NCBI GenBank assembly: GCA_048885705.1 | Contig: JBHLLJ010000001.1 | Location: 8,544 to 72,543 of the forward strand | Direction of reading: 5' to 3' | DNA length: 64,000 nucleotides | Source: Candidatus Hermodarchaeota archaeon | GTDB lineage: Archaea; Asgardarchaeota; Lokiarchaeia; Sigyniarchaeales; SOKP01 | Shown here: piece after piece, positions 56,808 through 64,000 of the stretch | Layout: each line of letters starts with the position of its first letter | Numbering within the stretch: position 1 is the first letter of the stretch | The notes under the pieces: model-generated | Databases searched by the model: none | The model's input: the letters and a program-made list of their open reading frames with translations, nothing else | Told to the model about the DNA's origin: nothing | Position numbers and translations under genes: made by a program

Positions 56808-58451
56808 TTATCTTAAACAGAAACCACATTTACCAAATGATTTAATTGTTTGTTCCCAGCAATGATTATGATATGCTCGACTACAGTGGGGACATTCTGT
56901 ATGGCAATTATCTTCTCCAGCAATTTTTTTACTACAGCTTGGACATTCAATTTTATGACATATAACACATGATACAACTGAAATCTCGAAAATCTTTTTA
57001 GAGATCAAATTGAATAGGTCAACAAGATAGCTGAATGGAGTCCATTCATTGAAGAAATCATTAAATGAGGTATGTAAATCATTCTTAATTTTCTCATGAG
57101 CTTCTAAATCAAATTCATTTATCACTTTTACTTCAGGCATTTTCATTGGGTAATCAATTGGTAGATTAATCTGAAATTCAAATGTTAGATCTTCAGTTTT
57201 CATTTTACCTTTCATTTCGACATTTAAAGTTGCTGTTAATGGATCATATTTAATATTTTTATAATGATCTTTTAATAAATCAATTTCAAAATTGATTCTT
57301 GAATTTTTATCCACTAACCAAGATACTTCTCTCACAATCTCGACAGGTTCAGATACATTTTCTTCCCAATTTTTATAAGCTTTTAATTCTGTGATTGGAA
57401 TTGTAATAATTTCTTGCAATTCAGGGGATAGATCAATTTTAGGAGGTTTAGGATAAGTTTCTAAATCAATAGATAAAATATATTCCTTAAAACCATAAGT
57501 TAACATATGAACTTTTAGAGCTGTCAAACTATTGGGAATTTTTTCACACTTATATTCTCCTGATATCATTTTGGATTGTGTTTCAATTTCTTTGATGAAC
57601 AACAATCTTTTTTCTAGCTCATGCAATATTTCAATGATATGAGATGGTTTTTTTGAATTCCATTCTCTCAAAATATTTAAGTTTTTGTAAGGATCTCCTA
57701 AAATTTGACTTAATTCTTTTGGTAATTTTATATTTGGCTTTTCAGGATAATTTGTAAAATCTAGAGCGATTATAAATGTACTTGTAAGAGTAATTGTCAG
57801 ATATACATTAATATTTGCTTCATTGATACCAGCTTGATCATAAGCATATTCCTGTTGAATTAGACTCAATTCGGTATTAATTTCAATACTTAACGGGGCA
57901 CTTTGATCTTGGAAATCTTGTTTGAGAGGAGAATCATGCTCATTATCAGATTTTTCAACTATAGAACTTTCAAGATCCTTTAAATCGTAAAGATTTTCAT
58001 CAGTATAATCTAAGGGGTTAATTTCTTCTTCAAATTCGAAATCTGGTGGATATGCATTTAAATCAGGGGTTAGATATTCTTCTTCAGCTAAATTATTATG
58101 ATCTTCTTTAATAGGAACTGGTTTTTCTTCTGAAATCATTTTTGGTATTTCTAAAACGTTTTTTATTGCATTATTAAGTTCTAGAACGATATCAAGTACA
58201 TTAGATTCTGGAGTCCAATTAATTAAGGATTTGGGCTGAAAGGAACCTAAAGTTTCTTTTATTTCAGAATGATAAATTATTTTCGGTGGTGTTTTTGGGA
58301 ATTCTTCATCGAATTTAATTTCAATCTCATACTTTTTTCCTGCTGTCTCATAAATATAACCATATAAATGTGAAATGTCTCCAGAAACCATCCAAAATGA
58401 AAATTTTTTTGCTATTTGCTGTGCTTCTCTTAATATTCTCTGCTTATTCAT
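56808..58451 (-). CDS. 4x RWD/UBC-like (catalytic-Cys-less E2 fold) domains + acidic linker + C-terminal Cys/His-rich cross-brace-type zinc finger
   Basis: 547 aa. Four segments each carry the [FY]P-x3-P signature after a beta-strand: YEIEIKFDEEFPKTPPKIIY, IIALDFTNYPEKPNIKLP, ILSIDLETYPKPPKIDLS, FEFQINLPIDYPMKMPEVKV. The first is preceded by an E2-like helix, RILREAQQIAKKF. None has an HPN...Cys active site. The C-terminus (56811-56969) reads CVIC-x4-CPSC-x9-CHTECPHC-x4-HNHC-x10-CGFC. Confidence 0.65.
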   Translation of the reverse strand: MNKQRILREAQQIAKKFSFWMVSGDISHLYGYIYETAGKKYEIEIKFDEEFPKTPPKIIYHSEIKETLGSFQPKSLINWTPESNVLDIVLELNNAIKNVLEIPKMISEEKPVPIKEDHNNLAEEEYLTPDLNAYPPDFEFEEEINPLDYTDENLYDLKDLESSIVEKSDNEHDSPLKQDFQDQSAPLSIEINTELSLIQQEYAYDQAGINEANINVYLTITLTSTFIIALDFTNYPEKPNIKLPKELSQILGDPYKNLNILREWNSKKPSHIIEILHELEKRLLFIKEIETQSKMISGEYKCEKIPNSLTALKVHMLTYGFKEYILSIDLETYPKPPKIDLSPELQEIITIPITELKAYKNWEENVSEPVEIVREVSWLVDKNSRINFEIDLLKDHYKNIKYDPLTATLNVEMKGKMKTEDLTFEFQINLPIDYPMKMPEVKVINEFDLEAHEKIKNDLHTSFNDFFNEWTPFSYLVDLFNLISKKIFEISVVSCVICHKIECPSCSKKIAGEDNCHTECPHCSRAYHNHCWEQTIKSFGKCGFCLR

Positions 58452-58594
58452 AATTATGCTTTTTTTTTCTCTATATAAAAATCAATAAAGTGTAGTCTTA
58501 AAAATATTTATTAAATTCTCTTAAGTAAAGCTATTTCTATTTAAAAATAAATTGTTCAAAAATTTATATAACATTTCTTTTATGTAGAATTTTG

Positions 58595-59737
58595 TTATAA
58601 GTTTAACTCATTCAATAGTTCTTTAATTCTATCTTTATAAATTTGCATTGATCTATGTTCTTTTTGATATTTACTTATATTTATCGAAATATTTCTATAT
58701 TTATCATAATTTTCATAAACTAATTTTATCTTTTCCGCAATTAAATCACTTGTACAAGCTTTTAAGATTAATTCGTCATTTCCTAAAAATAATGAGACAT
58801 TATTACCACTATTAGTAGTAATTATAATCATACCCTTCATTACACCCTCTAATATTTTAATCGCAACGGCAGAAGGACAAATATTATTTAACATTGGTAA
58901 AACAAGGCAATGATATTGTTCAATCAAAATTGAAACTTCTTTATGAGGTTTGGAACCCAAAAAAATAATATTCTCTGTTAAATTTTTCTCTTTTACGTAT
59001 GTTTCCATATTTTCCCTTGTAATTCCGTCTCCTATAAGGAATAATTTAATCTTATAACCTTGTTTTTTTAGTAAAAAGACTGCATCAATAATAGGAGGTA
59101 GTAAATCATATAGACTAAACCTTCCAGTATAACCAATTTTAAAAAATTCTTTTTTTTTTTCAAAATTGAGATCTTTACTTTTAAGGAAGTATTTCTCTAC
59201 GTAGTAGGGAACAATTTTAATTTTTTCAGGATGAGCCCCATAAAAAATTGCTATTTTTTTTGCTCGTTGATTTTCGATTATGAATTTATCAGCATGACGA
59301 ATTGCATATAATTCAAGATGGGGTTCAAGAAAATAGAAAATTCTCTTGAAAATATTTTTGCTATATTGAAATTCAGGATTTCGTGCGAAAGCTCTCCTCT
59401 CAATAAATACTGCGGGTGTACATCCCATCCTTATAATAACCTTGTTATTGAAGATTTTGTTCAAGATAATTGGCAAAAGGGCTAATTTTGGTGCCCTTGT
59501 AATAAAAATTCTATTTGATGATACGATTTCATTCAAATACTTAATAAAGTACTTGAATAATGATTTAAGATCTATTTTATTAACGGATTTATAATTAGGA
59601 TAGAAAGCAACTTTCTCATATTCTAAAGGGATTGCTCCAAATAGTTTTCTATCATTTACAGAGTCCCCTTGATTTCCAGCTTTGAAATCTGAAAACGTAC
59701 AAAAAACTATTCTTTGTTTAACACTATTTTTTTTCAT
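58595..59737 (-). CDS. glycosyltransferase, GT-B fold, divergent
   Basis: 380 aa. The GT4-like C-terminal half reads IGYTGRFSLYD...LFLIGDGITRENMETYVKEKNL...IFLGSKPHKEV...LVLPM. An A11 tract on the coding strand lies at 59150-59160. Confidence 0.6.
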   Translation of the reverse strand: MKKNSVKQRIVFCTFSDFKAGNQGDSVNDRKLFGAIPLEYEKVAFYPNYKSVNKIDLKSLFKYFIKYLNEIVSSNRIFITRAPKLALLPIILNKIFNNKVIIRMGCTPAVFIERRAFARNPEFQYSKNIFKRIFYFLEPHLELYAIRHADKFIIENQRAKKIAIFYGAHPEKIKIVPYYVEKYFLKSKDLNFEKKKEFFKIGYTGRFSLYDLLPPIIDAVFLLKKQGYKIKLFLIGDGITRENMETYVKEKNLTENIIFLGSKPHKEVSILIEQYHCLVLPMLNNICPSAVAIKILEGVMKGMIIITTNSGNNVSLFLGNDELILKACTSDLIAEKIKLVYENYDKYRNISINISKYQKEHRSMQIYKDRIKELLNELNL

Positions 59738-59834
59738 AATTAATTCTATGATTTAGCAAAATTACATAATTTATATAATTATCTAGGTGTTAGCAGATTC
59801 TTTATACTTAAAAATAATACAACAAAATCATTTA

Positions 59835-60614
59835 TCAGTTTGGCCTTTCCCCCCAATAAATTACAGTCCAAGCAAGGTTTTTAAATGGCCACTTATCTAG
59901 TAATGGCTTTGTAAAAAAATGAATTAATTTAGCTAATGGAATATAATAAAAACAATGACTAAAAGTCCCACCATATAATTCAATACCTTTAAAGCCAACT
60001 CGATTTAATGAATCAATCATATATTTGGGACGATAAGGTGCCTCTTCTTCAATTTCTCCATAAGGATTATGGAGTAATTTTTTCAAAGGTCTGGTTAATG
60101 CATTTAATGGGTAGAATACTGAAAAATCTAGAATCGCAATTTTACCACCCGGTTTAAGAATTCTATAGAATTCTCTTAAAAAGGGATCAAATCCTATTTT
60201 CAATAAATGATGAAAAAAGAGTGTACTTGCTATTAAGTCAAAGGTTTCGTTAGGATACCCAGATTCTAAGATATCAGCAGTAGTGGTGATCATTTTACCT
60301 GGGCAGTTTTGTATGCAAACAGGGGAAAGATCAATACCATAAATTTGATGGGAAAACCCTTTCAGGTATTTAAAATCATCTCCTTCACCACACGGTGCTA
60401 TTAATAATTTTTCAAGTTGTTTTTTTTTCAAATTTTTTTGAATAACATATTTAAACTTATTTTTAGAAAGAGAATAACTGTAATAACTTCTTGTAGGATC
60501 GTAAAAAAGTTTCGAATTAAGAATTGTACTAATTAAACCCTTTTTTTTCTTTTTGCTTTTCCACCATTCTAATTCTCTTTTCTTTTGATCCTCATAAAGA
60601 TTTTTTTTACTCAT
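59835..60614 (-). CDS. class I SAM-dependent methyltransferase
   Basis: 259 aa. Contains LLIAPCGEGDDFKYL (motif I variant), IYGIDLS and ILKPGGKIAILDF. It overlaps the upstream GT gene by 8 nt. Confidence 0.8.
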   Translation of the reverse strand: MSKKNLYEDQKKRELEWWKSKKKKKGLISTILNSKLFYDPTRSYYSYSLSKNKFKYVIQKNLKKKQLEKLLIAPCGEGDDFKYLKGFSHQIYGIDLSPVCIQNCPGKMITTTADILESGYPNETFDLIASTLFFHHLLKIGFDPFLREFYRILKPGGKIAILDFSVFYPLNALTRPLKKLLHNPYGEIEEEAPYRPKYMIDSLNRVGFKGIELYGGTFSHCFYYIPLAKLIHFFTKPLLDKWPFKNLAWTVIYWGERPN

Positions 60615-61836
60615 TGTTATTAATCCCTAATGATTTTTTTTTAATTATTTCTATTATAGTTTTTTTGAATTCAGTTATAATTTTTGACCATGTATATTTC
60701 TTCTTAACCAATTCAAATCCTTTTTGACCTGTTTTTTTCAAATTTTCTTTTTGAGGTACTAACTCTCCGATCATTTTAATTAAATCTTGTTGATTTTTAG
60801 CAAAAATGAGATCGCTGTCATTTTTAAGTTCTGATACTATGGCAGGCAAACTGTTGGTTAAAACAGGTTTTTTCATTGCCATATATTCAATTATTTTTAT
60901 AGGAGTTATCTCTTTCGTAATATCGTTAATTTCAAAACTAAGGAGGCACAGATCTGCAAGTTCAATGAATTCAGTTATTTCCGCATATTGTACTCGTCCT
61001 GCAAGAATTACCCAATTTGCATCAATTTTCTTTACATAATTTTGTAGAAAATTAAAAATTCCTCCATCTCCTAAAATTAAAAATTTTATATTGAGATTAT
61101 TTTCATGAATTTTTGGATTATAATAGTCAATAATCTCTTTCAAACCTGCAAAATCGTATAAATAACCCATAAAGAAAATAACAAAATCAGTATCTTCAAT
61201 TGAATATTTTTTTTTTAATTGGATATATCTTTTCTTATCAACTACGGTATTTTTAAGAGAAATGCCATCTGGAGATATTTCAACTTTTTTTGCTGGAATT
61301 CCTTTACTTTTTAAATATCGATACTGATATTTAGTATGAACTAAAATTTTGTCTGCATATTTTAAAGTAAAATAAGAAATCAATTCAGCAAATTTTCTTA
61401 CATAAGAGATTGGAACAAGTTGATGCAGAATATCAATATAAAAGAATAGATATGGAATTTTAAAAATTTTTGATAAAATCAATCCAATAAATCCATTAGT
61501 TATGGAAAATCCAACTATTATATCCGGTCTATTTTTTCTAAATATTTTAAGAATTTCTAAAAAGTTTGTAATTAATGATGAAATTCTTCTAACATAAGGT
61601 ATCTGTAGATGGGCTGTGCGAATTATACTAATATTCGAATCTTCAAATACTCGATGAATATTCCTAAATATTTGCTTTTTTACAATACATGAGCTGAATT
61701 TTTGAATTTTGTCGATATCATAATCAATAACTGTGATTTTCATTGTGTTTTTTCTTGAAAGATTCTCAAATATATGATGTTGTGTATGTGGTCCTCGAGT
61801 TAGCCAATCGGTCTCTTGGAGAACGAGAATATTCAT
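60607..61836 (-). CDS. glycosyltransferase family 4-like
   Basis: 409 aa. Contains FMGYLYDFAGL and FLILGDGG...LAGRVQY...ADLCLLSFE...KIIEYMAMKKPVLTNSLP. Confidence 0.8.
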   Translation of the reverse strand: MNILVLQETDWLTRGPHTQHHIFENLSRKNTMKITVIDYDIDKIQKFSSCIVKKQIFRNIHRVFEDSNISIIRTAHLQIPYVRRISSLITNFLEILKIFRKNRPDIIVGFSITNGFIGLILSKIFKIPYLFFYIDILHQLVPISYVRKFAELISYFTLKYADKILVHTKYQYRYLKSKGIPAKKVEISPDGISLKNTVVDKKRYIQLKKKYSIEDTDFVIFFMGYLYDFAGLKEIIDYYNPKIHENNLNIKFLILGDGGIFNFLQNYVKKIDANWVILAGRVQYAEITEFIELADLCLLSFEINDITKEITPIKIIEYMAMKKPVLTNSLPAIVSELKNDSDLIFAKNQQDLIKMIGELVPQKENLKKTGQKGFELVKKKYTWSKIITEFKKTIIEIIKKKSLGINNNE

Positions 61837-61989
61837 CAGAAAGCTTTTAAAATTATTTTTCTTTTAGTTTGCATTATTTTTTATTATTAGGTGTATTTAA
61901 TTTATTAAAAATTTATTTAAAATTAGTTTCTGAGATTTGATTTATAGAAAAAAGCTCTAAAACCTATATAAAGTTAGAATTGAGAAAAT

Positions 61990-63378
61990 ATGTCAAAAAA
62001 AATTTTAATTTTGGGTGGTCTTGGATACATTGGTAATGTATTATATGACATTATTAAACAAGAAGATTGGGAAGTAGATGTAATGGATAACCGTCTATAT
62101 AAAGATCTACATCCTCAGATTCCTTACATTGAAGCAGATGTAAGAAATAGAGAACAGATGGAAAAATTAATTAAGAATTACGATGTAATAGTAAATCTCG
62201 CAGCAATAGTTGGGGATCCTGCTTGCTTAATAGACACGAGTTTAGCAATTGAAATAAATTGTATAGGAGCAAGAAATGTAGCAGAAATATGTAAAAAATT
62301 AAAAAAGTTCATAGTACACATTAGCACTTGTAGTATTTATGGAAGTGAGCCAAACAAAATTGTCAAGGAAGAAGATGAGGGATTCCCAATTGATTTTTAT
62401 GGCCAAACAAAGTATACTCAAGAAAGATTAATAAGGGAAATATGCAATGATAATCATTGTATCCTAAGATTAGGTACAGCATATGGGTTAAGTCCAAGAA
62501 TGCGATATGATTTAGTTGTAAATACTTTTGCTGCCAGAGCTCTAAAATTTAATAAAATAACAATTTTCGGTGGAGAACAAGAACGCCCATTTGTTCATAT
62601 TCGTGATATTTCAAGGGCAATCATACATGTTATCAACAATGAGTTACATGGAATTTATAATGTAAGGGGTGAAAATCTTAGTCTTTTAAAATTAGGAGAA
62701 ATCGTTAGAGATATAACAAATTGTGAAATTGAAATAAATAGAAATATTGTTGATAATAGGAGTTATATGGTAGATAGTACAAAATTAAAAAAAACCGGCT
62801 TCGAATTCAAATACAATATAAAATATGCAGTGAATGAAATCATTAACTCTCCAACGGCATTAGAATTTCATAAAGGAATATATTCTAATCTAAAATTAGC
62901 TGAAAGAGTAAAAATATCCAGTACAATTGGTAAGAGAGAATTAAATCTAATTAATGGAGGAATAGCTGTTGATGACAGAGGAACACTTAATTTTGCTAAT
63001 GATTTCAATTTTTATGGAGTTAAACGTTTTTATCAGGTTCAAAATTTTAATACATCAACAATTCGTGCATTCCATGGTCATCTAAATGAAGCTAAATATG
63101 TATTTGTTTCAAAAGGTTCTGCTATTGTTGCTGCTGTTAAATTAGATGATGTTAAATCTCCCTCGAAAAATCAAAAGGTTAATAGATTCATATTATCAGA
63201 CAGAAGTCCACAAATATTATTTATTCCACCGAAATATGCTAATGGCTTTAAACCTTTAGAAGAAGATACTCGAATAATTTTCTTTTCGACAAGTTCCCTT
63301 GAAGAGAGTAAAGGAGATGACTACCGTTTTCCCATAGATTACTGGGGTAAAGAAATATGGGAAGTAGAGAATCGTTGA
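61990..63378 (+). CDS. fusion protein: N-terminal SDR epimerase/reductase domain + C-terminal RmlC/FdtA-like cupin domain
   Basis: 462 aa. The SDR part has ILILGGLGYIGNVL, STCSIYG and YGQTKYTQERL. The C-terminal ~140 aa reads DDRGTLNFAN...VKRFYQVQN...IRAFHGHLNEAKYVFVSKGSAIV...LFIPPKYANGF, the cupin sugar epimerase/ketoisomerase pattern. Confidence 0.8.
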   Translation: MSKKILILGGLGYIGNVLYDIIKQEDWEVDVMDNRLYKDLHPQIPYIEADVRNREQMEKLIKNYDVIVNLAAIVGDPACLIDTSLAIEINCIGARNVAEICKKLKKFIVHISTCSIYGSEPNKIVKEEDEGFPIDFYGQTKYTQERLIREICNDNHCILRLGTAYGLSPRMRYDLVVNTFAARALKFNKITIFGGEQERPFVHIRDISRAIIHVINNELHGIYNVRGENLSLLKLGEIVRDITNCEIEINRNIVDNRSYMVDSTKLKKTGFEFKYNIKYAVNEIINSPTALEFHKGIYSNLKLAERVKISSTIGKRELNLINGGIAVDDRGTLNFANDFNFYGVKRFYQVQNFNTSTIRAFHGHLNEAKYVFVSKGSAIVAAVKLDDVKSPSKNQKVNRFILSDRSPQILFIPPKYANGFKPLEEDTRIIFFSTSSLEESKGDDYRFPIDYWGKEIWEVENR

Positions 63379-63403
63379 ATTATAGGAGAGGATTGAAATT
63401 AAA

Positions 63404-64000
63404 ATGACAAATATTTTAGTCCTTGGTGTTAGTGGAATGTTAGGTTCAATGGTTTTTGACTATTTGTCAAGAAACCCTAATTTCAATGTCTATGGTACTG
63501 TTAGAAATCCAAAATATCTGGAGGAAAAAGTCTACATTTTTGACGCTAATGAAATTGCTCAGTTAGAGCAAAAACAATATTTGGAGTTGAAAATGAATTA
63601 TATTATCAATTGTATAGGTATTACTAAGCCATTTTCTAAAGATGATGATCCGGAAGGTGTTAAACGAGCAATTCGTATAAATGCTGATTTCCCCTGGAAA
63701 TTATCTAGTTATGCTAAGAAACAAAATATTAGAATAATTCAAATTGGAACTGATTGTGTATATTCTGGGAAAAAGGGTAAATATTACGAAGATGATCCAC
63801 ATGATCCTTTAGATGTTTATGGCAAATCAAAAAGTCTTGGAGAAGTATTTAACAAATCAATGTTAATAATAAGATGTTCTATTATTGGCCCCGAATTCAA
63901 AAAAGAAAAAAATTTTTTATTTGAATGGTTTTTAAGTCAGCCAAATGAAGGAACTATTGGAGGATTTGAACATCATATATGGAATGGAATAACTACCCTT
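63404..64000 (+). CDS. SDR, dTDP-4-dehydrorhamnose reductase (RmlD)-like, 3'-truncated by window edge
   Basis: Not in the track. The ATG at 63404 is preceded by AGGAGAG (63385). The translation is MTNILVLGVSGMLGSMVFDYL...IQIGTDCVYSG...YGKSKSLGE..., open to the window end. Confidence 0.75.
   Translation, partial: MTNILVLGVSGMLGSMVFDYLSRNPNFNVYGTVRNPKYLEEKVYIFDANEIAQLEQKQYLELKMNYIINCIGITKPFSKDDDPEGVKRAIRINADFPWKLSSYAKKQNIRIIQIGTDCVYSGKKGKYYEDDPHDPLDVYGKSKSLGEVFNKSMLIIRCSIIGPEFKKEKNFLFEWFLSQPNEGTIGGFEHHIWNGITTL

Noticed and set aside
23773-61039. Further embedded short ORFs (23773-24009, 25079-25276, 26317-26502, 29969-30157, 34385-34588, 35500-35694, 36001-36198, 39520-39708, 39953-40189, 44046-44303, 44398-44583, 47837-48178, 51398-51610, 52669-52878, 53824-54141, 55009-55191, 55526-55846, 60806-61039).
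   Set aside because: The reasoning is the same as for the previous entry. ORF 47837-48178 overlaps the true transaldolase 5' end and should not be annotated.
1-64000. A search by eye for tRNA/rRNA genes (GC-rich islands in spacers), CRISPR arrays, transposases/integrases and terminal inverted repeats, and for archaeal TATA/BRE promoters and oligo-T terminators.
   Set aside because: No GC-rich structured segments or mobile-element genes were seen. TATA-like (TTTAWATA) strings and T-runs are so frequent in this AT-rich sequence that individual promoter or terminator calls would be unsupported.

Overview
This is a gene-dense, strongly AT-rich window (about 70% A+T by eye, not computed). I found no rRNA, tRNA, CRISPR array, transposase or integrase. 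The housekeeping genes are archaeal/eukaryotic in type: two-subunit PheRS (513 aa alpha, 558 aa beta), TyrRS, a 1048 aa IleRS, an archaeal-type PPAT, tungsten AOR, an ADP-forming acyl-CoA synthetase alpha subunit and PPDK. Two eukaryote-signature-like proteins are also present: one with 22 perfect 23-residue LRRs, and one with four RWD/UBC-like domains plus a cross-brace zinc finger. Together these suggest an Asgard-like (Loki-type) archaeon; that is inference only. Positions 1-27.4 kb hold a hutU-hutH-hutI histidine-degradation operon, fermentative and central metabolism (Fe-ADH, AOR, acyl-CoA ligase, PPDK, SCP2 proteins) and housekeeping genes (tyrS, pheST, chorismate mutase, a bacterial-type RNase PH). 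Positions 27.6-64 kb form one very large glycan-biosynthesis locus. It contains at least 6 GT-B (GT4-like) glycosyltransferases plus a fragment, 6 SDR sugar-nucleotide enzymes (one with a Zn-ribbon insert, one fused to a cupin) and 2 SAM methyltransferases. It also holds an ABC-2 exporter with tandem-duplication scars, 3 Ser/Thr-nucleophile alkaline-phosphatase-superfamily proteins, a sat-AlkP-cysC (PAPS) operon behind an RHH gene, and an 8-gene operon joining sedoheptulose-7-P supply (split transketolase, transaldolase, Rpe) to heptose activation (GmhA, HddA, GmhB, a degenerate PfkB kinase). ileS and the RWD/zinc-finger gene interrupt the locus. Other notable points are two genes whose only plausible starts are SD-preceded AUU/AUA codons and one frameshift at an A12 tract. 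All calls rest on reading the translations and the DNA by eye; no database search or computation was run.
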